This document shows positions 26,501 to 39,154 of a DNA stretch of 64,000 bases, in pieces. The translations under genes and the position numbers were made by a program. The notes beneath the pieces were generated by a model that was not told the DNA's origin, made no database searches, and saw only the letters and a list, made by a program, of their open reading frames with translations. Position 1 is the first letter of the stretch. Every line of letters begins with the position of its first letter. This DNA is from Raillietiella orientalis (lineage: Eukaryota), in assembly GCA_036172245.1 (NCBI GenBank), contig JAYWIR010000034.1:1798001-1862000 (forward strand), written 5' to 3'.

Positions 26501-29159
26501 GTGTGCGCCGACAATGCGTGCAAAAAGAAAGAAAGAAAATTCCGGGAGAAGCTCGTCGCTTGGCCCGCGCGGGCACTCCCTAGGGAGAAGCTCGCGCCCT
26601 TAGGGTTGGGGACAGGGCTGCGGGAGGGAGCCTGGGAGCGAGATCGCTGGGTTTCGGTGCCCTCGCTTTTGGGGTGGCGCCACCCGGAGGAATAGCACGC
26701 GCTCTCCTGGCGCCACCTGGACGGAGGAACCTTCCAGGAAGTGCGACGTCAGGAAGGGAGCAGCCGCCTGCTCGTCACCTGGAAACAGTGCGGACCGCGT
26801 GGAAATTGGCGGGTCCTTCCTGGGGACGCGCCAACCGATGGGAGCGTGGCGGCGGCGTGCTGTCTGGACATTCTCCGGTTACACCGGGAAGGATGAGGCG
26901 GCGATCCGCAGTTCCCCCTTCCCATCGGCCCACGTTCCCCGAGCCATCGAGGAATGAGAAACGGACCGAGAGAGGCGGCCGCCCTCGCGGCATGCCCCGA
27001 TGCTCTGCTGGTCCGGTTGCGAGTCTTGGTGACCACTGTCCAGCTGCGCTTCTGTCCTGCTTCCGATTACGCGGAAATCTGGAAACGGAAAGCGGCGGCA
27101 GCGGTGGGGCCCCGCCCCGGAGGCGTTCGGGCTGGGCGGGAGAAGGCGACGCTGCTGCCCTCCCTCCAACGTCCCCGCCGAAGGAGGGGTCGTGGGAGCC
27201 CGAAGGGAGGAACGCGAGAGCCGCTCCTCCTCCTCCTCCTCCTCCTCCCTGGGAGGAGAGTCGCCGGGAGGCCCATCCTTCCGCCGTTCAGAAGGTGCTG
27301 CTCGGCGCGGCCGTGGGCGTCTGCGCTGGGCGCGCAGAAAGGCCAACGAGGACGCAGGCAGCAGGTCGCTGCCTCCGGGTGCGAGCGGGAAGGGGCGTCG
27401 AACCGGAGATGAAGGAGGGAGAAACGGGCCCAAGACCCCCTGCCCTTCGCAGGGCGGAGTGTCTTGGAAAGGAGGCGAGGAGGAGGAAGCCACACGGGCG
27501 GGCTCGGACTCTCCCGGGTGCCTGCAGTCCTCCCTTGAGCGGGGGTGACCCGGAGAGCAGTCGCCGATCCTCGATCAGGGGGATGAGGGCATCGCTTCAA
27601 AGAAGACGGAGAGCGCCCTTCCCTCCCCGCCTCATCCTCTCCCTTCCGTAGATTCGGCTGTTGTCCGGGGCCGGCCCTCCTCCTCCGATCCTGGGCGTTT
27701 CGCTTTGTGATGCCTTCCCCCGCGAGGAACGATGGGAGCCCCGGAAGGGATAGGAGAAAAAACGATCACTGGCAGCCCCCTTCCTCCGGGATTTTTCCTC
27801 CTCTCGTGTACGCTCGCGAACCCGTGACACTGGGAAGAGCAGCGACGCCGGCCCCCTTCCTCTCCTGACCACCGCCCTTTCCGGCCGTAGGGTAAAACGA
27901 ACTCTCGCTGGTGAGGTCACCGGGTGGGACTGCCCTTCGGAGCGCCCCCTGCCGTTTCCCCTCCACCTGCCGGAGGATCCCGCCCCAGCGTGGGCCGAGG
28001 ATGCACGTCCTCTCCGCCAGCGGGCGGCGACTCCGCCCTTCAGCCTGCTGCTGCTGACAGTGACTGCAATGGGTCATCTCGACCTCGGACCAGAAGCCTC
28101 CGGCAGACTGGTTAAGAGCCCGTGACCCTCAGGAAAGGGGGAGGAACCGCCCTCTTGGCCTGCGGAACTCGTTCCAGGAGCCTGGGGCGACAACGCAGGG
28201 CCATTCCCAGCATCGGAGCCGCCTCCGAAGGGAAGGTAGTGATCGGAAGCCCTGGGGACAGGCACTCTGAGCGGGGTCGAGGCGCTAGGAGAGGGGAGCG
28301 GGGCCGCGCGTCCGTCTCTCCGCAGGGGAATGGAGATGGACCCGGAGCGGATCCGGCCCCGTTGACTCCGATTCACTCTAGCAGCGGGAATTTTCGAAAG
28401 CGATCTCCGGCTCCTCCGCGAGGACACGAGGGCGGGCCGGAGGTCGCCAGCTGGACGCGATTGTCGCATTCCGAACGAGCGCCACAGCACCTGAAGATGA
28501 GGGGCCGCCGCAGAAGCCAAGGAAGCGAGCGCCCTTCCCATCGCCTTCCGGGGCATGCGAGCACTCCGAGAGCAGCGAAAGACGATCCGAAAGTGCAGCA
28601 GCAGCAGTAGCACGGCCGGCCGACGTGAGAGGAATGTCCGATTGGACCGCGGAGAGACGGATCGGCTCAGTGCTGAAACCCCCGGTCCGCTCTCGTCAGG
28701 CTTTTCCTGCCGCTCCAAGAACCGGCCCTGCGTTTCGCTCTGACGTCATCGCTCGGCGGCAAACCGTCTCCCCCCCCCCCCTTCTCCACTGCGTGCACGC
28801 GGCGAGGTAGCTCGTCCGGTGGCTCTCGAAGATAAATTCCGAAGAAAAAAAAAATCCGAAGAGCTCTTCCTTTCCTTCAACGAGACTTCCGTGTTTGCAG
28901 ATTGTGAACGCGACCTCGTTCGTGGGTCGCTGACTCACGGGGGAGTGCTTAATGATCGCGGAAGAGTAACTTTCCAAAAGAGCAAATGGGAAAACTGGAC
29001 GGGGCCGTGGGGTATTCAGATGGGTGAAGGAAGCACGCGAGGAAGTGTAAGGCGCCAATTACACGCGGCACCGACCTCGCCCTCTCTCCTTTCAGAATCG
29101 GTTCCTTCTGGTTTCGCGGCTCTCGCCATTTTTCTTTTTTTTCAGCAGTACCGCTAACC

Positions 29160-30280
29160 GTTCCACAGCACTCGAGATGTATTTCGAAAAAAAGGCCTCC
29201 TCTTCTGCGAACAAATAAAAGAAACAAACGTGCCCAGCATCTCCCTTGCGATGACGGTTACGACGTGCTAATTATGCTGCGATTTGAACTGCGGCGCGCG
29301 CCACGATTTTTCGAAAAATGATTTTCCACAAGGAACCCGGGTATAGCAGAACGGCCATTTGCAATTCGGTTTCCATTCGCACGGACGGAAACTGCACTCA
29401 CAAGAGCATCGAAAATACTCACATCCGAGCATTCAAATTGCTCGAGCTGCCGCTGACTCCAGGATGCATATCCTTCTTGTAAATTTATACATGGTAAACT
29501 AGGATTTCGCGGTAAACCAGAATTTCGATTCGACGAAAATTTCACGGAATTCCCAATGAGGATTGCCAGTCGCCTAATGGAGCAAATGCGGAAAAATGCA
29601 TCAAGTTTTAAGGATGATAAAAGCACGCGTTTCAATTCTTTTCTCCCTCTCTCCTTGCCTACATTTCTCAAGATGTACATGCAATCACGCATTTCTAGTC
29701 ATTCCATCAGCAAACTATTCCGATGTTTTGATTCACTTTGAATTTGTTATGCAAGTTAAATTTTAAATTTCGATTAAAGAAGCCAACACAGTGAGCCACA
29801 GCGTGTCGTGACGGACATACATGTCATAAGCAGATAAAAATTTTGCTGCCCGTGTTGTAATGAAATTTTCGATGCATGCGTACGATGCATCGAGGAAGGC
29901 AAACAAAACTGCCCTCGCACCAAGAGGAAATCCATCAATCGTAGCGAAATCGCGCCTTCCGCTGCGAAATGTAACAATGTGGGACTATCTCTTTCACTGT
30001 TATCCAGTTGAGAAATATTGCATCCATTTTGTTGCTATTCGTGCTACTCGAAGCGCTTCTTCCTTCCTTTCCGTAAAGGGGAATCCACCGAGCAATTATG
30101 CGTGTGTTTACTTAGAAGAGCAGAGCTCATCAGCGGAAACCATCAGTACCCAAATCTCGAAGGAAGCGACGTTTCCAAGCAGACCGCAGGCTCTTCGATC
30201 AATCAGGAGTTCCGCTCTCGCAAAGAATCAAATGGATTTAGGGTGTGATGGACCGCCAAAGTGCGCTGAACAGCACTGGG
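29160..30280. other. Second AT-richer segment that is not CpG-depleted
   Basis: Visibly lower GC than the flanks but with abundant CG dinucleotides (e.g. ttcgattcgacgaaa). No recognisable ORF. Confidence 0.6.
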
Positions 30281-33200
30281 ATTGAGGTCTCCCACTTCTG
30301 TCGAGATACGGCGACGATTCACTCGTCCACTCGCCTGCAGACTCCTCAAACCACCCCCATCTGAGAAGCTGACACCGTCTGAGCGGCGTGAGGCGCGGTC
30401 CGCGACCCTACCCCTCCGTCTTCTTCAGTGATATCAAGGACGTCCTAGTGTTCCTGCTTGCCTACCTGCCACTGTCCTTCACCGAAGAGTTTCCTGGAAA
30501 GCTGACGAAGGATTTGAAATGTCTTCCTGGGATCCTACCTCCTGAGACTCTCTAGGCGAGCTGGAAGCAGGGGTGTACTGAGTCTGCGGAGCAAGGGATA
30601 AGAGGAAAATGAGAACAAACCAGGGTTCCCAGGTTTCCAGGCTTCGTCGAGTGAATCCGCTACCGACCTCGAGCGTGGCGAAGTAGGATCGATTCTGTCC
30701 CGGGCGTTTCCGTCCTCCCATCGCCAAGGAGACCGGAGACGCCCCGGTCCAGCCCCGGGGTTTGCGACCCTGCAGTGGAGACTGCCGCGAGACTGCCGTA
30801 AAAGCCCTCTTCGTTACCGACGCCCTCCGGCCAGCGGCCTCGATAGCGGCCTTGTGCTGCCTTCGCGGGATCGTCGCCGCATGGAGCACGGCTACAGGAG
30901 GACCTCGTGATGAGGATGCCATCCAGTGCACCTCCCAATTCCTGAGGAGGGCGTCGCGATGGCCCCAACTGGATCCTCAAATGCAGCAAGAGCTTGCCGG
31001 CATCCCGAAAAGGATGATGCGGCCCCAGCAGCAACAGTGATCCCTTCCCGTACCCTCCCACTCTTTTTTTCTTTTTGTTTTGTTTTTTTTTGTTTTTTCC
31101 CCCTTCCCCTGCTGCCATGGTGGACCGTACCGGTCTGCGAACCGGTGTCCTGGCAGGCTCCGTGGTTCTTCGTGCTTGGCTGCAGCATTGCTGCAGCCAC
31201 TGACATTTTTACTATAAAGTTTATTTTTTTAATAAACAACCCGGAGAATTTCGGGTGAAAATCGAGACTGCCGCGGCTTCTTCGAGGGGTCCCGCGGAAG
31301 CGGTTCCTGAGGTCTTCACCGCGGCTGGTGACTTTCCTTCTTCTTCCTGTTTGCCACGTGTTTGCTGAGTCTCCGGAAATCGAAGGAAGGCGGGCATCTC
31401 TCATTTCTCTGGTCCGCCCCCTGGCACGCTGCTCATCTCTAGGAGAAGCTCTGGCTGGCGCTGCTGTGGACTTGGGAAGTCCAGCCGAGACTCGCGGAAG
31501 AAGGGAAGGTGACTCAGAGGGGACCTCGCAAGGGGCAAGCGGGACGAGTTTCTTAGCACCTTCTATTGTCCGCATGGCCCCGGTGAGAGGAGTAACAACG
31601 GAGCGGAGAGGTCAGAAAAGGTCACCTGTGGAACAAATGTGGGGAGCGCCTTCCGTGGATCACAGCCTCATGTGTCCAAAAGAATCCCCCGGAATCAGCG
31701 AGCTGGTTCCGCCGGGCCAGTCGGGCGCGCCCTTCACTGCAGGGGAGAAGGTGGCATGAGGCCGGAGAAAGCGAGCCGTCCCGGCCGCGCCGCTGTTGGT
31801 CAGCCGAAGATGTCCCGAAGCACCGGAACGCAAAGGGTGATTGTTGGGCGGGGGGGTCCCCTGCTTCGACAAGTCGAAGAGCCTTCTTCCTTGGAAGGTT
31901 CACATGTTGGGGCGCACCTGCCGAGCCTAGAGCCAGTGGTTCGAAGAAGTCGGGGGGCGTCTCGAGCTCTGCTGCTCCAATAGCAATAGGATGGGGAGGG
32001 GCGGCGCTGTACTCGGAATGGAGGTCGTGTGAGGGGCACGCGCGAAGACGCTGCCATCTACCAACGGGCGGAACTTTTCCGAGACGGCCGACCCCCCCTC
32101 TCGAAGGTGGCGGGCGGCCGCGTCGCGCATTGATGCTGCGGATGCCAAGGGTGCGTTCGGGCACACCATTGGCAACCATCAGCCGACGAAAATCTGCCTG
32201 CTGGAAGGAAGTTTCCCCGGAGCTGCCGTGTGGCAGATCCTGAACGGTGACTCGGGCGCGTGCCGGGTGTCCGGAAAACCTGCCAAGGTGCTGCCGACGA
32301 AGAAGTCCAAGTCGATTTCCACTTCATCAGCCGCGTGGCTGTGCTCCCAAAGGCGGTCAACCCCAACCGGAAGTCGCCGCCAGACTCTCCCGCCCGCTCA
32401 GCGGGGGAGGAGGCCGCGTTGGTGGTCGTCGGGTCACGCGGGAGCCGCGCAGATCGAGCGGTCCATTCGTCGCGCTTGCACAAAGCGGTCGAATAGTCGT
32501 CCCTACCACTCGGCCGAGGAAAGTTATGACCCGTCAGGGGGGAGCGGACCTGGACGAGACCGGAGAGGTTCTTGGTCGAGTTCGGCGGGAGCGCTCGGCT
32601 TCGCACTCGAGAGCCTTCGGCTGGAAAACGAAAGGGCAGCCGCTCCTTTGATACAGTATGCACCTTCCGGTCACCTGGCCTCGCTCTCAAGGATTATTTT
32701 TTTTCTTTCTTCTCTTCCTTCTCGAAAAGGCAGCTGAAAGCCGAAAAGAAGGTCTGGTGAACTCCTTGCCGCCCGTAGCAGTGAGGAAGACGAACTCGGT
32801 GTCACTCGATGACTGGAAGAACTCCGAGAGAGGCGGAAGTTTGGGGCCCCCTTCTCATCAGGGAGGGGTCGCCTGAAAGAGTGCGGCAGGCGGAGATGAT
32901 AGATCCTTCCAAGATGAATCTGCGACCTCCTTGTCGTTCTTGGAAGGGACTCTCGGGGTGTTTTGACCAACCCACGCTCACGACCCTGTGGGCGGTCGAT
33001 CACGCAGCAGCAGTCACGGAGCCGACTCCGACGAGACGCTGAGAGGGACGCTCTCTTGGCCGGTCACAGTGGAGTCCTCTTCGCCGTTCCTGAAGTCCCT
33101 GAACGGTCTCCAAGACGCTCCCTCTCGGCCCACAATCCAGGGGTGGTGGCCCCCCACACCAGCGGCGACTCCGAGAGCCATGTGCGTCCTTCCTCGGATG

Positions 33201-35960
33201 CTGAGGGCAAAGGGGGGAGGGAGAGTAGAAAAAAAAAGTAGATCACGAAGGGAGGCGCTCTCAGAGCTCTTCATGGGAAGGGGAGATTCCCTCAGGGGAG
33301 TCGGCTCCTACCCCTGGAGTCCTGCAGAAAACTCGCGCCCGCATTCTGCCGAGGCAGTATATTTCATACGTTCGCGTCCTGTACAAGAAGACTCGGAGCG
33401 AAGAGACCTCCGTACAGTTCGCACGCGAGACAGAGTGGAAGAAGGTCGTGCACGCGCCGGAGGGATCACCTAAAGCCAGGCGCGCGACACCGGACGGCCG
33501 CCAGAACGTCGCGGGACCGGGTGCGCGACGTAAAGCTCGCTGGCGTCCCCCTCCGGCCCCGACCATTATCTTCCTCCGGTTTGATTTGGGAGAGTGGACG
33601 GGCCTCGGGGTGCCAAGCAGCGCAGCTCGCCTCCCTCCGCAGGGATCGGCAGTGCAGCCGGAGGGGCTCTGCGAACTTTTCCGAGGGGATCTCCGGGAGG
33701 TGCCGCAACTGCAGGCCCCAGTGGGATCTTACTGGGCGAAGGATCTCTCCGTACACTCTCCGAACCTCGTTCCTGGAATTAAGAGCGCTTCTGCTACCCT
33801 GGTCGGGTCAGGTAGGGACCGCACCAAGATGAGGTTTCACTATGTCGGCGCCAAAACAGCGCGGGACCGGCCATCGATCGGCAGGCAGGGAGGAGGGTCG
33901 GCCATGGCGTCGGACGGAGCCCGACGGCCCCTGCCAAGAGAGGGGCCCGGTACGCAGGAAGATCATCGTCGTCTCTCCTTGGTCGAGCGGCGCTCCGCGT
34001 CGTCGCGGGAGATGGAGTCGGCAGGTCTGGAGGTCAGCGCATCTGCTGGCGCGGTCATCGTGCCGAGGACCGGTACCGCGGGCTTTTTTCGTGGCGGCTG
34101 CTGCTGCTGCAGGGAGGTCCATGGGGGTGTCCGGAGCGATTCTAGCCCTTCACCTCGGAGGGTGCTGCCCTTCTGGCACAGGGTCGCCCGCAGCACGTGC
34201 AATGGGAGCTGACCGAAGGGCGACGGGCGCCCGGCCGCCCAGCCGCTTCGTTCCGCAACTGCGCAGGCACGGTCATCTCCGGAGGGCAGTCAGTAAAGCC
34301 ATGGCCGCGCGCACTCGGAGGGGGGTCCGTGCACTCGAACACGCGGGGACCCGGCTTCCGACGGCTGACCCGAGGGGCAGAAGCAGGCGTGATGCCTGAC
34401 TCCCGTCTCATCCCGTAGGCTCCAAGCGAGCCGGGAGGAAAGGAAGACGCAATGGGGAGGGTGGGCGGTGGATCGGTCGCGTCCCCACCAAGGGTCCGGC
34501 AGCCCCCTAAAAAAGTTCTCCATATGACAGACGGCGACCTTGCGGTTCGCCGTCTGTCGCAAAAGAGGGTGAGGTGGGGGTCTCGATGACGCCGGGGGGG
34601 GGGAAAGAGCGAGCGACAGCAGAGTTCCCGGCCCATGCGGAGCGCTCACCGTCTCGCCGACTTCCCGCGCCGCTAGCAAGAGCCGCTCCCAAGTGCACCG
34701 CCGGCATTGCGACACCGCCCGTCCTGAGGGCAGCGAGTGACGGGAGTGGGACGTCGACTCTCGGCTCTTTCCGTCCGCTGTCGGAGCGGCAGGACGGACC
34801 TCCTTGGAGTGGAGCGCCAGCGTAAATCACTCCACGACCACTACTGGCCCATTGCGACGTGCGCTTCTGGAGCCCCTTGCGTCTGGTGTGGCCTCTCCAC
34901 ACGCTCCGAACTTTGGAGAAACGGGAGTAGGCAGTGGACATTTCTTGCATTCCCGGGGGGTCTTTCTCTAGGCATCCTCTGGGTGCAGCTTTCGGTGCGC
35001 GCAACGGGACGGCGCCCGGTCCCCGAGGCCCGCCGTCGCCGGGCAACCGGGCAGCGAGGCTCGCGGGGAAGCGGCATGACCAGTCCTCCGGGGCCGCACG
35101 AGGCAAGGGGATGCGGCGACGGAGGCGGTCTGGCCTGAAATGCGCCTGAGGCATAACCTCGCGCGTGCGCTGCTTCCTCCCTCCTCGTCCTTGGCGTCTC
35201 CGTCGCGCTCCCACGACTGCACTCATGCCTCGGCGCTCCCAGTGCCCGCAGACGTGACTGGCGGGTTGGCCCGCGACCAGTTGACCAGCGAGATGTGGTT
35301 CCCTAGCGAGAGGGACGCTGATGCCTCCGTTGCTCCCAGAACAAACGGGGCCCCTTTCCCAGAGCTTCCCCGCGGCGAAGCCGTTCGAACCAGGGTGCGA
35401 GCGCCGAGAATAACCCGCCTGAGACAAAGAACTCTCTCGAGTCCGCCGCGGGAGTTGAAGATGGATGGAGGAGGCTGGGTCGAGATCGTCCTCGGAGATG
35501 CTGAGTGCCAATGGGAGTTTACCAGGGTAGTGCTGGGGCCCCCAGGCACTTGAAGGTGGAGACCAGGAAGTCGCGTTCCTATCTGGAGACAAAAGGACGA
35601 ACCCACGACTCCATGGTAACCGTCCCCATCTCCCTGCTTCTCTTGCCTGCCGGCTGATGTCTCTCTCTCGCGCGCCGGACCGCTCGGAAGGGGAGGGGGA
35701 CCTGCGCCGGTGATTCGCCACAGTCTCGGCGGCGACGGCCTGAAGGCCGCAGCAGCCCCAAGGAGTCTTCCCTCCGTCGACCCGGACCGCGAAAACAGCT
35801 CTCAGGTCGCGCTGTCTCGAGGGTGGAGGCCGGAGGGTGCGGTGGGGCGGCTCCCCCTTCCCGCGACCCTATACCTCTGCACCCGGCCTGCCGCACTTCT
35901 CGCTCTTTGGCGCCGCCTCCGGAGCGGCCACTGCTGCGGCGTGGGAGCGAAGTCACGTGG

Positions 35961-35966
35961 TTTATT
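35961..35966 (-). terminator. AATAAA overlapping the TAA stop codon of the ankyrin-RING gene
   Basis: The minus strand reads TTC CAA TAA A. Confidence 0.5.
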
Positions 35967-38900
35967 GGAACACCAGGACCGTGCGAAAGACCGGTCTGCG
36001 GCACATGGGGCACTTCTTCAGACGCCTCGAGCAGCTTTTGCAGGCCACTAGGTGGCCGCACTCCAGCAGCACGCAGGACGCTTCCTCCTCCAGGCAGATG
36101 CGACAGATGTTCCGCGGCAGCGGCTCCTGGCAACGCTCGTCCGTGAGGGGGTCCTCTCCTGGAAGCCTGTGGTCAGCTGCGCCGAGTCCCGCGTCGCGCG
36201 TGCGAGGGCGGGTCATCATGGCGAGCAGAGCGCCAACTGGACGAAAAGCGCGGAGGAGGGCAGCAGCGACGCGGGGCCTGCAGAGGAGAGGTCGACCCTC
36301 CTTCCCGAAAAGGACCAACGAGGAACGGAGTCCCCGGAAATGAGAACAAGCCAACGCGCTTTCGGGACCTTCGGGAAGATGACTTCCGGCGTCCCTCCCA
36401 TCCTGCGCGGGGTCAACGGCGCGACGCCCGGCAGCTACAGAGCTGCCTGCGGCTCCTCGACGGCGCCTTCCCACTACGTCGGATCCACGGCGACCTCCGA
36501 TACGAGATTACCGTGCTCTGGGAACCCTCCGAGCGCCGGCCCGCTACTGCCCCAGTCGACCTCGCATCCGCGCGGGTCCTGGGCGGGAAGAGCTCGCTCG
36601 AGACCGGCCCGGCCTCCGGGCAGGGGCCTCCACCCTACCGTTCTAGAGGGAGGCCCGCATCCTTCAGCCCGACGACCTTTATGTCCCCTACAAGAAACCA
36701 GTGGACGGAGCTGGGAACGGCGACGGGACAGCGCGCGATGGCTCACCGGAGGAACAAGGACACCGCTGATCCCCCCGAGGAAGGGGAAGACGACTTCCCT
36801 CGGAGGACAGGCTCGAAGGGGGCCCTGCTGCGGTTCGGAGGGGCGGAGTCGACTGACGCGTTCCCAGAGGACCCAGTGAAAAGCATCGCCGTGTCTCCAG
36901 CCGGAGGTCTCGTAAGAAGTGGGGGATCACTTCTCGAGATATTTGCGGGTCGAGGGACTGCAGCCCGAGAAGGACTCCCCTCCACATGATCGTTCTTCCA
37001 GGAGTAAAGATACCTCCGCCCTTCCCACCCGGAGAGCACGGCGAGCAGCAGTCGTTCCAGGGTCCACAAACTTCCCCTTTTCTTGGAGTTCGGGTAGCTC
37101 CCCTGGGGCAAGCAAACTTTCTGTCCCTCGGAAGAGGGGAATCCCTCCAATGGCCTTCCTCCCGTTGGCGGGCACCGCTCCGTCCGAAAGCATCGAAGAT
37201 GCTTCCTTCCCCAACCACCGGTGGCACTGCTCGGTCGCCTGCGTGAGAGACCTTCCAAGGACGCGCAGCACCCCTCCCCGCTTGGGGTTAAAAGGCGGTC
37301 GACAGGTCCGCAGCTCTCCCTCCCTTCCTGTGTTTTCTCCGCTCCATCCTCCGGAAACGCATCCTGGCCGACCGCTGTCCGGGGTTTTCGGCCGTTGGCA
37401 CGCCTCGCCCTTCACTAACTCCTCAGCAGGAATGCCCCTCCTCTTCCTCACCCGAGTCGCCGTCCCTCCAGCAACCCTTGCAGGAGGGAGAGCCGATCGC
37501 AGGGTCTCGGGACGTCCCGTCAGGACAAGGCTTCGCGATCCTGACCCACCCCGACCCCCTCTCGAAACTACTGACGCGGTGACTCCGACCTGGTGCCTGC
37601 TCACTTGACCAAGCGGATCCCCCTGTGGATGGACTGGTCAGGAAGACCTGCGAGGGGAGGGGGGAAAGGGGTACGCGCGGCGAAAGCAGCAGCAGGCTCG
37701 CGGGAGCCTCCCGGCGAAGGGAGGCACCGGGAAAGGGGTGAAATGGGGGGAGGTAGGAGGGAGGAGACTTACGTTTCAGGCTCTTCGTGATCGGCGAGTC
37801 CGGCAGCTTCCTCTTGGAGGCGGGAGGGTGGCCTCCGTCGGCAGGAATGGTGGCGTCGCTTGTCTCCGCCTTCGCCCTCTGGAAGGGGTCACTCGGGGAG
37901 CCCCGGTTCCGGCAGGGTCAGCCTTCGCCCCCGGGTTCTACCTTTCCTCCTCCGCCTAGTCCTCCGCTTTTCTCCCTCCTCCTCTCCTCGCTCCTCCTCC
38001 TCTGGTCCTCCTCAGCCTGCTGCTGCCCATCCCGTCCTGTCTCCCATTCCCTCCCAACCCCCCTGCCCTTCCTCACCAGGATCTTGGCGCACTCGTTAGT
38101 GGTGAAGTCCTGGTTCTTGCTGAAGGCTACGTCCAGCGGGGTAAACCCAAACTTGTTGGTGGCTGACAGGTCCGCTTCCAGGTCCACGAGGGTCTGCACG
38201 CACCCTGCAAGGGGAGGGGAAACGACAGTGAGGCTCAGGCCTCCCCCTCTCGCTCCCGATCCACAGGGGCGGTTGGCGTAGCAAAGAACTGGACTTGCTT
38301 GCAAGGAGCTTCTCAGCGGCGTAGTGCAGGGCGGTGGCTCCACTGGGCGTCCTCAGGTTAACGTCAGCACCCCGGCGCGCCAGCTGCCGGATACAGATGC
38401 TGCGGTCGTTCCAGGCGGCACAGTGGAGGGCGGAGTGCGAGGACGCCGTGAGGAGGTCCACTTCCGCGCCAGTGCGCAGCAGCAGGGACACCACGTCCCG
38501 GTGGCCCTCCTGGGCGGCGTAGTGCAGGGCAGTCCATCCCTCGTTCTCCTGCAAGTTGACTCGGGCGCCCTCCCCGAGCAGCAGCGAGCAGAACGCGCTG
38601 TCCCCGCGGAAGGCCGCCAGGTGCAGGGGCGAGTTCCCGCAGCCGTTGAGGGCGTTAGCGGGCGCCCTTCGCGCCAGCAGGATCTTGGCGCAGCGGATCT
38701 TCCCCCGCGACGCTGCCAGGTGCAGCGGCGTCTGGCCCTCCTCGTCGATGGCGCTGGGATCGCCCCCTTTCTGTAGGAGCAGCTCAAGGCACACGGGAAA
38801 GCCCTCCAGGCACGCCACGTGCACGGGCGTCTTCATGGAGGCATCCCGCTCGTTCGGGTCGGCACCGTCCAGCAGGAGCTGGCGCGTGGCCGCCAGGGAT

Positions 38901-39154
38901 CCCTCGCCCACGGCCAGGTGCAGAGAGGTCGTGCAGTCTCCATTCTTCAGGTTCAGTGCGAAGCTGAAGGGGAAGCTTCCGGGGTTGAGTAGAGCCGCCA
39001 AGAACTCGCCCTTGGGCACTGTCAGGATGAGAACCTCCGACGCGTCCTTCGCCTCGCCGCTGGCGGGCGTCTTTCCCAGGGAGACGCTGACCTTCCCGGC
39101 GACCGCTCCGGACGTGGAAGACGAAGACTGGGCTAGCGCGCACGGGGACTCCAT
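35962..39154 (-). CDS. Ankyrin-repeat protein with C-terminal C3HC4 RING finger (putative E3 ubiquitin ligase), about 782 aa
   Basis: Exons 39154-38299, 38204-38077, 37878-37773, 37647-37605, 37476-36931, 36827-36747, 36687-36639, 36578-36512 and 36434-35962 join in frame without stops. There are seven full 33-aa ankyrin repeats (TSLHLA, TPVHVA, TPLHLA, SPLHLA, TALHYA, SALHCA, TALHYA) plus a partial eighth (TPLDVA). The terminal RING CRICLEEEASCVLLECGHLVACKSCSRRLKKCPMCRRPVFRTVLVFQ has the C-x2-C-x11-C-x-H-x3-C-x2-C-x6-C-x2-C spacing of RNF34/RFFL/IAP RINGs. Both domains are very clear; their joining into one gene is inferred from splice phases. Confidence 0.75.

Noticed and set aside
30430..30555. 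DIKDVLVFLLAYLP faintly resembling a CCDC22-type N-terminal segment
   Set aside because: About 14 residues only, followed soon by a stop, with no flanking similarity.
34870..34912. IQ-motif-like VRSVWRGHTRRK in ORF 34507-35721
   Set aside because: Lacks the IQ core, occurs once, and I could not build a supporting gene model.
35962..36110. Assigning a gene symbol (RNF34/RFFL, an IAP, or mib1) from the RING alone
   Set aside because: No FYVE-like, BIR, ZZ or Mib-Herc2 domain is visible upstream.
38096..39154. Stand-alone bacterial or endosymbiont ankyrin gene (contamination)
   Set aside because: The last repeat is completed only by splicing, further exons follow in phase, and composition matches the host genes.
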